Part shown: positions 39,464 through 48,915 of the stretch, piece after piece | How the letters are laid out: every line of letters starts with the position of its first letter | How positions within the stretch are numbered: position 1 is the stretch's first letter | NCBI GenBank assembly: GCA_963714095.1 | Contig: OY970230.1 | Location: 134,206 to 198,205 of the forward strand | Direction: 5' to 3' | Source: Candidatus Gottesmanbacteria bacterium | GTDB taxonomy: Bacteria; Patescibacteriota; Microgenomatia; UBA10105; UBA927 | DNA: 64,000 bases | Made by a program: the position numbers and the translations under genes | The notes under the pieces: generated by a model | Told to the model about the DNA's origin: nothing | Database searches by the model: none | What the model saw: the letters and a program-made list of their open reading frames with translations, nothing else

Positions 39464-40176
39464 AATAAATTCAGCAAATCAATAGCCTTATGATTTAATG
39501 GCTGATAATTATTTACAATAAACGCTTCACCATACGATGCTCCGATAGACTTTCCCCTAAATTCCGCAAGATGGAACAATTTAGTACGTAACCATTGCTC
39601 ATCAGCTCCATGCTCACCTTTCACTGATGCATACAATGAAAATGCTTCTATTTTTCTTTGGATATTTTGCTTCGACAATTCAGATACGAAATGGAAACTA
39701 AATATAGATGTCATCTCCAAATCAATCTCTCCCTGCAACACAACAGGCGCTTTCCATGTTTGTGTACCGCCACAGAGTTCACAGTCGCTTTGGAAATTAG
39801 CTTCAGGAACAATTTCTCCAAGCGTTCTATGGTCTATATGCTTATCTTCTGCATGATGTGTGATAATAACATCCGGTTGAACACGTCGAATCTCTTTAAT
39901 GGTTTTTTGAATAAGCAGTCCTTTGTCTTTTTGAAGACGCATGTCCTGAAGTTTTAGAAATTTCACGGAATAACCCAAATATTTACTGCTTTTAGTCGCT
40001 TCGCTCATTGCTCTATGGCGACGCGTGTTTTGCGTCTCCGTTTTAAAGTACGCCTGGTCATTCAGGGTGTAATAGGTTACGAAAACTTTATGACCGTGCT
40101 TCACGAGCTTATCCATCATCGCTCCGCACATGATCACTTCATCATCCGGATGTGCCACTAAAACAAGAATTTTCAT
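39460..40176 (-). CDS. PIG-L family N-acetylhexosamine deacetylase
   Basis: AHPDDE, HIDH. Confidence 0.9.
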   Translation of the reverse strand: MKILVLVAHPDDEVIMCGAMMDKLVKHGHKVFVTYYTLNDQAYFKTETQNTRRHRAMSEATKSSKYLGYSVKFLKLQDMRLQKDKGLLIQKTIKEIRRVQPDVIITHHAEDKHIDHRTLGEIVPEANFQSDCELCGGTQTWKAPVVLQGEIDLEMTSIFSFHFVSELSKQNIQRKIEAFSLYASVKGEHGADEQWLRTKLFHLAEFRGKSIGASYGEAFIVNNYQPLNHKAIDLLNLL

Positions 40177-40299
40177 AGATTGCAATAACTAGAATATATT
40201 GCTAGGACGGGCTTATTATATCATTTTACTCAAATACACCTATAGAAACCAGTCTTAAAATAACAACTTCGGGGATACTTGCATTGAAACAGCCCACAA

Positions 40300-40572
40300 T
40301 CATTTATTCGAATCAAATGGCGCACTTATATTACATTCCTTACAAGACAAATAATATAAAACAGTGCCTGTAGGCATTGATTGACCAAATAATGGTCTGG
40401 TAACGGCATTTTTGATAGTAACTTCTAACGGGACACTTTTCGAACAATTTTCCAAATGAGGAAAATTGCCTCTCAATTCCTCTTGAGAATAAACAGCAAG
40501 ATTTGTTTTCCAAGAAAAACCTTCCTTTAAGAATTGTCCGATTACGTGAAGTTTATTGGTTATTTTTTCCAT
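40300..40572 (-). CDS. Small hypothetical protein with CxxC
   Basis: 90-aa ORF following the methyltransferase; LSCKEC. Confidence 0.45.
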   Translation of the reverse strand: MEKITNKLHVIGQFLKEGFSWKTNLAVYSQEELRGNFPHLENCSKSVPLEVTIKNAVTRPLFGQSMPTGTVLYYLSCKECNISAPFDSNK

Positions 40573-40589
40573 AAATATTTTGTTTAAAA

Positions 40590-41348
40590 TTATATCCTCT
40601 TTGCAACCAGTACGATTCTATGTCGAGGAAGTTGAATACCCTTTTCTGTTTTGAATTTTACTACGTATTCTTTGAGCAACGCTCCGTCTTTTTCGGAATC
40701 AAAATCTTCAAAAATAGGCACTCCTTGTAAAAATTTGTCTACATCCTCATACGATGCATAATATTCGTCATAAAAATATTCCTGGGCGAAAACGATGTTA
40801 AATCCTGCGTCAATAAGTTTTTGTTTTTCCTTTTCTAACCTTGAAGTACTCCATGCCTTATATCCCTGCCCTCGCCCAAATACTTCTTTGATTGCCTGAC
40901 AATCCCTTTCACCTATATCAATTCCCACAAAATAGCCGTCTGGTTTCAATAATCGTTGAAACTCAAGATATGGTGTTGGTCCCCGGCGGGAAAAAATAAC
41001 ATCAAACGATCTATCAGAAAATGTTGTTCTTTGCGCGTCTTGAAGTTTAAATGTAAAATTTTTAACTACGAGTACCTTTTGTTTTTCTCCCGCAACTTTG
41101 AGTAATTCCTTGGATGTATCAATACCTGTAATCGATAAAAAAGACTTGGCGATTCCAAAGGAAAACTTGCCGTCTCCGCAACCCGCATCAAAAGCTTTTA
41201 TCTTGTTACCCGCTAAACCAAGGAGTTTTTCTTTGAAAACTTTTTCAGGATCTCCGGCTGGATATTCCGTACGGTAATCAACACGACCGGTACCAAAGGC
41301 ATATCCACCGAATTTCTTTGCAACTTTATCGTAAAAATTTGTGGTCAT
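40590..41348 (-). CDS. Class I SAM-dependent methyltransferase
   Basis: FDAGCGDG, GIDTS, FDVIFSRRGP; TGGTAAAAT 6 nt before ATG. Confidence 0.85.
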   Translation of the reverse strand: MTTNFYDKVAKKFGGYAFGTGRVDYRTEYPAGDPEKVFKEKLLGLAGNKIKAFDAGCGDGKFSFGIAKSFLSITGIDTSKELLKVAGEKQKVLVVKNFTFKLQDAQRTTFSDRSFDVIFSRRGPTPYLEFQRLLKPDGYFVGIDIGERDCQAIKEVFGRGQGYKAWSTSRLEKEKQKLIDAGFNIVFAQEYFYDEYYASYEDVDKFLQGVPIFEDFDSEKDGALLKEYVVKFKTEKGIQLPRHRIVLVAKRI

Positions 41349-41381
41349 ACAGCTATTTTACCATTGAAGAAAGTAAATGTA

Positions 41382-41411
41382 TTAGCTTCTCTGTCTCAAG
41401 AACGCGGGGAT
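41382..41411 (+). repeat. ftsZ 3'-terminal 30 bp, the att-like core of the island array
   Basis: ttagcttctctgtctcaagaacgcggggat; repeated at 26281, 20005, 18348. Confidence 0.85.
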
Positions 41412-42524
41412 ATCAAATTCGTCTTCCTCCGGCGGCAATTCGTCGGCAGGAATCGGAGGCGTATTGCGCGGTTGTTGCGGCTGATTGGACGTCTGTGTCA
41501 CGCGCGTCGCCTGCGGCTGGGCCATTGTGCTGTAACTCGGCTGGCCGGAAAGCTCCCGTAATCGTTTCTTGGTTTCGTCAAATCCCGTTGCAATCACGGT
41601 GATTTTTACCTGATCAACCATATTCTGATCGATTGTTGCTCCGAAAATGATATTTGCGTCCGGATCAACGGCTGATGCAATTTGTTTGGCGGCTTCATCC
41701 ACTTCGGACATCGTGAGGTCCGGTCCGCCGGTAATGTTAAACAGAACCCCCTTCGCCCCTTCAATGGAAATCTCAAGAAGCGGCGAGGCGATCGCTGTAC
41801 GTGCAGCCGTGGCAGCACGGTTTTCCCCGACACCGGTCCCGATACCCATAAGGGAACTTCCTGCATTGGTCATAATGGTACGCACATCGGCGAAATCTAC
41901 ATTAATAAGGCCGGGCATCGTGATGAGGTCTGCAATTCCCTGCACACCCTGACCGAGAACCGAATCCGTCACGCGGAATGCGTCCAAAAGCGTCATTTTC
42001 TTATCAATCACCTCCATAAGCCGCTGGTTGGGAATGACGATAAGCGTATCAACCTTGTCTTTGAGATTCATGATGCCTTCTTCCGCGGTTACCATGCGGC
42101 GCGTTCCTTCAAAATGAAACGGTTTGGTAACGACCGCTACGGTAAGAGATCCTAATTCTTTGGCAATTTCGGCGATAATCGGCGTTGCGCCTGTCCCCGT
42201 ACCTCCCCCTTCACCGCAGGTCAAAAATACCATGTCGGCATCCCGCAGATATTCTTTCAGTTTTTCCCGCGATTCTTCCGCCGCTTGTTTCCCTATCTCT
42301 GGATCACCGCCTGCCCCCAGTCCTCGTGTCAAATTTTCTCCTATCTGTACTTTCGTTGCCGCCTGGCACGTCAATAGTGCCTGTGCGTCGGTATTGACGC
42401 CGATAAAATCTACACCGGTTATCTCATTCCCGACAACCATTGAATTAATGGCGTTGCATCCGCCGCCGCCGATACCGATGACCTTAATTTTTGCAAACCG
42501 GGCAATGTCAGGTTTTATGAGCAT
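41382..42524 (-). CDS. ftsZ: Cell division GTPase FtsZ
   Basis: GGGGCNA, GGGTGTG, NVDFAD, C-terminal DIPAFLR. Confidence 0.98.
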   Translation of the reverse strand: MLIKPDIARFAKIKVIGIGGGGCNAINSMVVGNEITGVDFIGVNTDAQALLTCQAATKVQIGENLTRGLGAGGDPEIGKQAAEESREKLKEYLRDADMVFLTCGEGGGTGTGATPIIAEIAKELGSLTVAVVTKPFHFEGTRRMVTAEEGIMNLKDKVDTLIVIPNQRLMEVIDKKMTLLDAFRVTDSVLGQGVQGIADLITMPGLINVDFADVRTIMTNAGSSLMGIGTGVGENRAATAARTAIASPLLEISIEGAKGVLFNITGGPDLTMSEVDEAAKQIASAVDPDANIIFGATIDQNMVDQVKITVIATGFDETKKRLRELSGQPSYSTMAQPQATRVTQTSNQPQQPRNTPPIPADELPPEEDEFDIPAFLRQRS

Positions 42525-42566
42525 AAAACTTTTGGGGGCAGAAGAAATAAATGCGCAGGTTTTTTA

Positions 42567-43871
42567 TCAGGGCATAAATGACTTTACCAGATCTATGAGC
42601 TTCCCTGCAAGTCCCTTAATTTGTACCTTCTCACCGATTTTTCCGAAACCAGCAAATTTCCAGCCTTGCTGGCCGGACTCTCCGGTAGCGCCGTATAAAA
42701 GAAGGCCGACACCGGTTGCATAGGCGGGAACCATAATTTCATCGACCAGCCCCGTAATTTTTTTGGGCTCGCCGATATGCACGGGCATCGCCAGATTTCT
42801 TCGTGCAGATTCAACCGCGCCGATCGTCTGGGCTCCCCCGCCCGTAAGAACGACCCCTGAAGGTGTCATACCGCCGAACCCGCTCCTTTTTATTTCAAGA
42901 CCGACCATGGTGAATATTTCATTTAAACGCGGCTTGATAATTCCCTCAATAAGGGTTTTTCTGGATAATATCCGAAGTTCTTCAGGCAAACCCAGCCCCG
43001 ATACATCCAACTCGTCGTTCTTTTCGCCTTTGGTCGCTTTCAGTGGTGCAATATTTTCCTCAGGAATTGCAGGATTCCGCGGAACTGTCCCTAAAAGAAG
43101 CTTAATTTTTTCAGCACTCTCCAGCGATACGCGCAGACCCGCTGCCAAATCCTTGGTGATATTGATGGCGCCAATCGGAATAACAGATGAATATGACAGT
43201 GCCCCTTCCACAAAAATCGCCACGTCCGTTGTGCCTCCGCCGATATCGATAAGAACGACACCTAATTCCTTTTCCGTATCCGTAATCGTAGCGATAGCGG
43301 AGGCCAGTCCCCCGAATACCATGCCCACAACTTCGACACCAAGCTCTTCCACACACTTGCGCAAGTTTCGCAGTGCCGTCGCGCCCCCCGTCACCAAATG
43401 CGTGTCAACTTCCAGTCTTACGCCGGTCATGCCGATGGGATCCACGACACCCTCCTGACTGTCTACGACATACCCGCGCGGAAGCACATGAAGTATTTCA
43501 CGCGAGGAAGGCAATGATACCGCCTTTGCCGCTTCGATTACCCTCCTGACATCATTTTCTGATATTTCCTTATCAGGTTCAGAAACCGCGACAACTCCGT
43601 GCGAATTTTGTGATGCAATATGGGCTCCACCGACGGACAAAAATGCACGGCCTACCTGAGTCCCGGCCATGCGTTCTGCCGCCTCAAGCGATTGGGAAAT
43701 TGCAACCGTTGCTTCCTCGATATTGACAACCTGTCCCTTCCTGATGCCGCGGCTGTTTACGGTTGAAACGCCGATGACGCGAGCATCCCCCTCCTCAGGA
43801 ACAGTTGCAATGAGGGTCGTTATCTTACTGGTCCCGACATCAATGCCGGATACTATGTGGTCTCGCGCCAT
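42567..43871 (-). CDS. ftsA: Cell division protein FtsA
   Basis: GIDVGTSK, DIGGGTTD, VVLTGGG. Confidence 0.96.
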   Translation of the reverse strand: MARDHIVSGIDVGTSKITTLIATVPEEGDARVIGVSTVNSRGIRKGQVVNIEEATVAISQSLEAAERMAGTQVGRAFLSVGGAHIASQNSHGVVAVSEPDKEISENDVRRVIEAAKAVSLPSSREILHVLPRGYVVDSQEGVVDPIGMTGVRLEVDTHLVTGGATALRNLRKCVEELGVEVVGMVFGGLASAIATITDTEKELGVVLIDIGGGTTDVAIFVEGALSYSSVIPIGAINITKDLAAGLRVSLESAEKIKLLLGTVPRNPAIPEENIAPLKATKGEKNDELDVSGLGLPEELRILSRKTLIEGIIKPRLNEIFTMVGLEIKRSGFGGMTPSGVVLTGGGAQTIGAVESARRNLAMPVHIGEPKKITGLVDEIMVPAYATGVGLLLYGATGESGQQGWKFAGFGKIGEKVQIKGLAGKLIDLVKSFMP

Positions 43872-43875
43872 AAAA

Positions 43876-44577
43876 CTAAAATTTTATTATCGGTTTGTTA
43901 AAACGTAGGTCGATATACGTGGGCAACGTACCTTTTATTCTAAACCCCGAAAGAAGTGTTTGTAAAGTAGCCAGTGTAGAGCTCATATCCCCGTCCTGAG
44001 AAAAGAGTATATCGAGAGAATTGCTTTTAGCGCGGAGTGACTGCTCATCTTCAACGCTTACCGTCTGAATAGGGACTATGTTTTGCATCCCTGTAATAAA
44101 AGAAATACCCGCAGTCACCCTGCTGTCACGTATCGTTTCCCCAATCCGAACGGCCGCGAGAGGTACGATAATACTCGGAAGAGGTGGGGATTGACTATCC
44201 GCATCCGCAAGAACAACTGCAGACTCATCCAGCAACACCTCCCGTCCGGTGAGAATTAAACGAACAACGGCAGCGCGCAGAGTCGGCACGATCACCAGCG
44301 TATGAGGATATTTTTTTTGAAATTGAATATCGGCAAGTATCGGGTTATCCGCCAACAGCTGCGCCCGGATCTTCGCAGACGGAAATAATAAGAGAGTTTT
44401 CGGTAGCCGCCTCTGGTTTATCTGAACCTGAATATTATTTCCTATGACGACAATATTCTTTATGGAAAACGCCGATATACAAACCCACCAGACGACACCG
44501 GAAAACAGACAAAAAAGAAGGAAATACCCGACAATCTTACCGAATTTCCGCCAAAAAATTGCCTGTTTGGGTTTCAT
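43876..44577 (-). CDS. ftsQ: FtsQ/DivIB-like protein
   Basis: N-terminal TM, POTRA-like KKYPHTL, YIDLRF C-terminus; position between murG and ftsA. Confidence 0.75.
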   Translation of the reverse strand: MKPKQAIFWRKFGKIVGYFLLFCLFSGVVWWVCISAFSIKNIVVIGNNIQVQINQRRLPKTLLLFPSAKIRAQLLADNPILADIQFQKKYPHTLVIVPTLRAAVVRLILTGREVLLDESAVVLADADSQSPPLPSIIVPLAAVRIGETIRDSRVTAGISFITGMQNIVPIQTVSVEDEQSLRAKSNSLDILFSQDGDMSSTLATLQTLLSGFRIKGTLPTYIDLRFNKPIIKF

Positions 44578-45698
44578 GCCGTTTTAAGAAGAATGTGTTC
44601 GATTTCGACCATTACTCTCTCTGCACCGTTCCGCGGAATGTGCTCTGCACATGCATCTGCCTGTGCCTGAAGCGACTTGATGTTTACCCATACATCATCG
44701 ATCTTTCGCTCCAGGAGGTCTGAAGTTAATTCCCGTTGCGTAAGAACAACTGCGCCGCCGTTTCTCGCGAGCCACTCGGCATTTGCCTGCTGTTCCCCCC
44801 CGCCAGCCCAAGGAAGAGGCACAAAGAGTGCAACTTTACCAAGCGCCGCCAGCTCCAGGACTGTATTGGCTCCGGATCTACCGACGATAAATACCGCGCG
44901 TGATAACACCCATGACAACACAGGGAGAGGAATATATGACCGGACAATATACCGGTCTTTATATTCATCCGGAAGTGCCATGCGGATATTTTGTGCTTCA
45001 GCAAGGGACATATCCCCCACCTGATGAACGATCGAGTAACGCTGTAACAAATGCGGCAGTATAGGATACAACAGCCGGTTTATTGATTGCGCGCCGGTTC
45101 CGCCGCCTGTAATATACAGCAGGGGGAACCGTTTGGTATCGGGGGCAAACGGTGCTGTTTTTGGCGGGCTGAACAACCCTCTGCGCATCGGCAGACCTGT
45201 GTAAACGGCTTTCCCTTTCGGAAGTCGGCCTACGACTTCAGGAAATGTCACACAGACACGATTCGCGATACGGGCAATAATTCTATTGGCCAGTCCGACA
45301 ACCAACGTTTGCTCATGGGTAATAACGGGTACCCGACAAAGCCAGCCGGCAATTGCCACAGGCAGTGCAACATATCCGCCGAAACTTACAATCAGGGACG
45401 GTCTTTCCCGAAGACAATAGACGTATGCCTGCGTAAAACCGACGGGAACCTTAAGAATAGACGGAATGGTTTGCAGGGTAAATTGCCGCTGCAGTCTTCC
45501 TGCCGTGATTGGTACAAACCGGATGCCTTTTTGGTGAATGAGTTGATATTCAAATGAAGGCACATGGCTTCCCTCAATCGCGCTGCGCCTGCCGATAAAA
45601 ACCATGTCAATGTCTTTTTCTCCTTTCAACGCATCGATAAGGGCGAGCGCGGGCGTAATATGTCCGCCGCAAATGACAATGGTACGTTTATTTTTCAT
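44574..45698 (-). CDS. murG: Lipid II synthase MurG
   Basis: GGHITP, FGGYVA, HEQ, GRSGA, EQQANA. Confidence 0.95.
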   Translation of the reverse strand: MKNKRTIVICGGHITPALALIDALKGEKDIDMVFIGRRSAIEGSHVPSFEYQLIHQKGIRFVPITAGRLQRQFTLQTIPSILKVPVGFTQAYVYCLRERPSLIVSFGGYVALPVAIAGWLCRVPVITHEQTLVVGLANRIIARIANRVCVTFPEVVGRLPKGKAVYTGLPMRRGLFSPPKTAPFAPDTKRFPLLYITGGGTGAQSINRLLYPILPHLLQRYSIVHQVGDMSLAEAQNIRMALPDEYKDRYIVRSYIPLPVLSWVLSRAVFIVGRSGANTVLELAALGKVALFVPLPWAGGGEQQANAEWLARNGGAVVLTQRELTSDLLERKIDDVWVNIKSLQAQADACAEHIPRNGAERVMVEIEHILLKTA

Positions 45699-46786
45699 GC
45701 TACTTTACTTATATTTAATAATATCCCAACCGCAGCCAACATAATAATAAGACTGGATCCGCCGTATGAAACAAACGGAAGCGGAACACCGGTAAGCGGC
45801 ATAAGCGCTACCATAGCCGAGAGATTAATAATGGTTTGCACCGAAATCCATGCAGTAATGCCAATTGCCAATAACCTCCCGAACCCGTCGCGGGCCCGAT
45901 TTGCAATGCGAAACCCCCGCCATGAGGCGAAGACAAACATAAGAATAACTGCGACACCCCCGATGAATCCCGTTTCCTCCCCGATAATTGCAAATATCGA
46001 ATCCGTATTTGCCTCAGGAAGATATTCATATTTCTGCCGTGATTGTCCGATGCCTACGCCGGTCAATCCGCCGGACCCCAAACCTAAGAGTACCTGCCGG
46101 ATATGATACGAGGAACCAAGCGGGTCTTCTTCCGGATGCAAAAACGTCGTGAGTCTCGCCATCCGGTACGGGGAAATAATCGCAAGACCGACAATCCCGA
46201 GGATTAAAACCGGTATGATGACGGCAAAATGCATGACCGGCGCCCCTGATGCAAAGTATAAAATCAATGCAATTAAAACGATAATAACGCTTGTTCCTAA
46301 ATCCGGCTCCAGAAGGACCAGTCCCACAACCATGGAAACCAGCAGTGCAAATGCCCTGAGCCTTCCCCTCTCGCGGACCGAAAACCACGCTGAGAGATAT
46401 ATGACCAGTGCCAGTTTGGCAAACTCCGCCGGCTGCAAAACAAAAAACCCGAAATTAATCCACCTGTGCGCCCCCAGTGCCGCAACGCCGATGCCGGGCA
46501 AAAAAACAGCCAAGAGTAATACTATCGTTCCCAAGAGTATCGGTAAGGCAATGTTATACCACCAGTGGTAATCAACAAAAGAAAAAATAGTGAGTAGTAC
46601 GAAACCGGCTGCCAACCATTTCAGCTGATCCCTGAGGTAATAGTATTGGTTGCCGAAATCCCGTATGGCGATAGCGACCGATGAATCATAAACCATAAGA
46701 ATTCCGAACAACGAAAGACCTACGACCGCCAGCAGCATCCACCGGTCCGCAGGACGGTTCTTCAATTTAAAGAAGGGAAACTTCAT
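45695..46786 (-). CDS. ftsW: SEDS protein FtsW
   Basis: MVYDSS, QPAEFAK, LPEANTDSIF, TGVPLPFVSYGGS; start at ATG 46786. Confidence 0.93.
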   Translation of the reverse strand: MKFPFFKLKNRPADRWMLLAVVGLSLFGILMVYDSSVAIAIRDFGNQYYYLRDQLKWLAAGFVLLTIFSFVDYHWWYNIALPILLGTIVLLLAVFLPGIGVAALGAHRWINFGFFVLQPAEFAKLALVIYLSAWFSVRERGRLRAFALLVSMVVGLVLLEPDLGTSVIIVLIALILYFASGAPVMHFAVIIPVLILGIVGLAIISPYRMARLTTFLHPEEDPLGSSYHIRQVLLGLGSGGLTGVGIGQSRQKYEYLPEANTDSIFAIIGEETGFIGGVAVILMFVFASWRGFRIANRARDGFGRLLAIGITAWISVQTIINLSAMVALMPLTGVPLPFVSYGGSSLIIMLAAVGILLNISKVA

Positions 46787-48149
46787 GTTTAAATAATTTG
46801 CCGCGCTCTTTGTAGTTTTTAAACATATCAAAGGATGCACATGCCGGAGAAAGCAGTACCACATCTCCGGAGGCGGCCTCACGTTGAGCAGAAACGACAA
46901 TCTCATGCATTGAACCGGCGCCCGTGAGGATTTTTCCCCTAAACCCGGCGTCTTTCACAGCTTTTACGATTCTCCCGGTCATTCGGCCGACGGCAATAAG
47001 TACTTTTACCGGGTGAGTAGCAATTTCCTTCCCCAACTGGGTAAAATCCGATCCTTTTTCCGATCCGCCTGCTATCAGTACGATGGGCTGGGTAAATGAT
47101 TCTATCGCCGCGATTGCGGTTTCGGGAACGGTCGAAAATGAATCGTTGATATACAGCACTCCGCGAACCGCCCGGACTGTCTCCAACCGGTGTTCCAATC
47201 CTTCAAACGCAGTTGCGGCCGTCACAATCGATTCCCAACATACTCCTGCCGCGCGGGCCGCAAGCGCAGCCGCGGCAATATTATCGAGATTGTGAATACC
47301 ACGGAGTTTAATTTCAGACATGGAACAAATCTTGTGAACAGATTCTCCCTCACGGACGTAAACGGTCTGGTCGTCTATGTACGCATTGGCGGTTTTCTGA
47401 AATCGGCTAAAATAGCAGACCCGCGCCGGTGTGTCATCGGCAAACGAACTACTTGTCGGGTCATCTGCATTTAAAATAGCAACGTCTGTTTTTTTCTGAT
47501 AACGGACAATGGATTTTTTTGCTTCCACGTAATCCTGCCGGGATACATGGAAATTTGAAGCAAGTTTGTCCTGATTGGCTAGATGTTCCTGAGTGGTTTT
47601 AAGTACCACTGCAATATGGGGGCTGGTCCGGCAGTCCTCCAATTGAAATGAGGATAATTCTAAAACAACAACGTCCGATGGCTTTATCATTCTCACCTTC
47701 GACAGCAGCGGTGTACCGACGTTCCCACCTAGCCAAACCGTTTTCCCGTCAGCTTCCAGCATATGCGCGATGAGTGTACTGGTTGTACCTTTCCCTTTTG
47801 TACCTGTCACTCCGATAACCGGCGCCGCGCATAAAGAAAAAAACAGTTTTGTTTGGCTGGTAATATTTTTTCCTTTTCTTTGAAGCGAAACGAGTTGGGG
47901 TAAATGCAATGACATGCCGGGCGTACGTACAATCATGTCAAATCTTTCCAAATGTTCCAAATACGTTTTTCCCAGCTGGAACCCGGCAGCAAGCGGCGCC
48001 AACTGATCAAAGGTATCTCCGAGCTCATCCTTATCTCTCCTGTCGCAGCAGCAAATACGCGCGCCTTCGCTACGGAAAAAAAGAACGGAATCCATACCTT
48101 CAACCGACAAGCCTAAAATCGCAACAGTTTTGCCTTTATAATGCTGCAT
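46767..48149 (-). CDS. murD: UDP-MurNAc-L-Ala--D-Glu ligase
   Basis: GTKGKGTT, GGNVG, ELSSFQL, HRLE, LLSPACASFD. Confidence 0.95.
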   Translation of the reverse strand: MQHYKGKTVAILGLSVEGMDSVLFFRSEGARICCCDRRDKDELGDTFDQLAPLAAGFQLGKTYLEHLERFDMIVRTPGMSLHLPQLVSLQRKGKNITSQTKLFFSLCAAPVIGVTGTKGKGTTSTLIAHMLEADGKTVWLGGNVGTPLLSKVRMIKPSDVVVLELSSFQLEDCRTSPHIAVVLKTTQEHLANQDKLASNFHVSRQDYVEAKKSIVRYQKKTDVAILNADDPTSSSFADDTPARVCYFSRFQKTANAYIDDQTVYVREGESVHKICSMSEIKLRGIHNLDNIAAAALAARAAGVCWESIVTAATAFEGLEHRLETVRAVRGVLYINDSFSTVPETAIAAIESFTQPIVLIAGGSEKGSDFTQLGKEIATHPVKVLIAVGRMTGRIVKAVKDAGFRGKILTGAGSMHEIVVSAQREAASGDVVLLSPACASFDMFKNYKERGKLFKHEVSLL

Positions 48150-48915
48150 ATCGTACCTCAACAGATATCCCTGCTAATGTTGACGCGATATCGGATGCTT
48201 TCCCCCATTCCCGTGTTGAATAAAATGTGTGGGTGCTACTCCGATCGGAGGACCGGATGTGATTTCGTTCCAGTATCCGGCCCACATGCCGCGCCACAGC
48301 CCCACCTGAATCCAAAATCGCAATATCTTCCCCTACTATAGCACGGATTTGATCCCTCAAAAATGGATAGTGCGTACACCCCAAGGCTATAACATCAGTT
48401 CCGCTTCTAACTGCAGGAGTCAGAACTATCCGCAGTTCTTTTTCAATGACTGCACCCCGCAATTTTGCTTTCTCAACAAATGACACAAGGTTGGGGCATC
48501 CGAGATTGTACACACGGCAGCCGCCGGCAAATTTACGGATAAGCCGTTTCTGATAGATACTGCGAGCAGTAAAGCTCGTAGACAAAATAATGATTTTTTT
48601 CGTTTTTGATACTTCGGCAGCAGTCTTAACCACCGGGACAACGCCTATAATGGGAACGCCGGGAAACCAGCGGCGATACTGGTCAATACCTGCAACGGTC
48701 GCCGTGTTACATGCAATGACAATAAGCTTCGCCTGTTTTTCAATAAGAAATTGTATCAATTTTTTAATGCGCCGGCGGATGGCAACCCGCGTTTTGGTAC
48801 CGTACGGGAGATATGCATGGTCACCTATGTAGACGGTTGATTCATTCGGCAGAAGCGCCGTAATGCACCGATACACTGATAACCCCCCAAAACCGGAGTC
48901 CAATATTCCTATCAT
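48136..48915 (-). CDS. murI: Glutamate racemase
   Basis: DSGFGGLSV, ACNTAT, LGCTHYP; start at ATG 48915. Confidence 0.95.
   Translation of the reverse strand: MIGILDSGFGGLSVYRCITALLPNESTVYIGDHAYLPYGTKTRVAIRRRIKKLIQFLIEKQAKLIVIACNTATVAGIDQYRRWFPGVPIIGVVPVVKTAAEVSKTKKIIILSTSFTARSIYQKRLIRKFAGGCRVYNLGCPNLVSFVEKAKLRGAVIEKELRIVLTPAVRSGTDVIALGCTHYPFLRDQIRAIVGEDIAILDSGGAVARHVGRILERNHIRSSDRSSTHTFYSTREWGKASDIASTLAGISVEVRYAAL

Larger units (their letters stand above)
26281..41411. mobile_element. 15-kb genomic island integrated in the ftsZ 3' end (no integrase seen)
   Basis: Flanked by 30-bp direct repeats of the ftsZ end; accessory gene content; visibly more AT-rich than the dcw genes (by eye). Confidence 0.75.

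Noticed and set aside
40252-40290. CRISPR-like repeat ending ATTGAAAC
   Set aside because: Single occurrence, no spacers, no cas genes.
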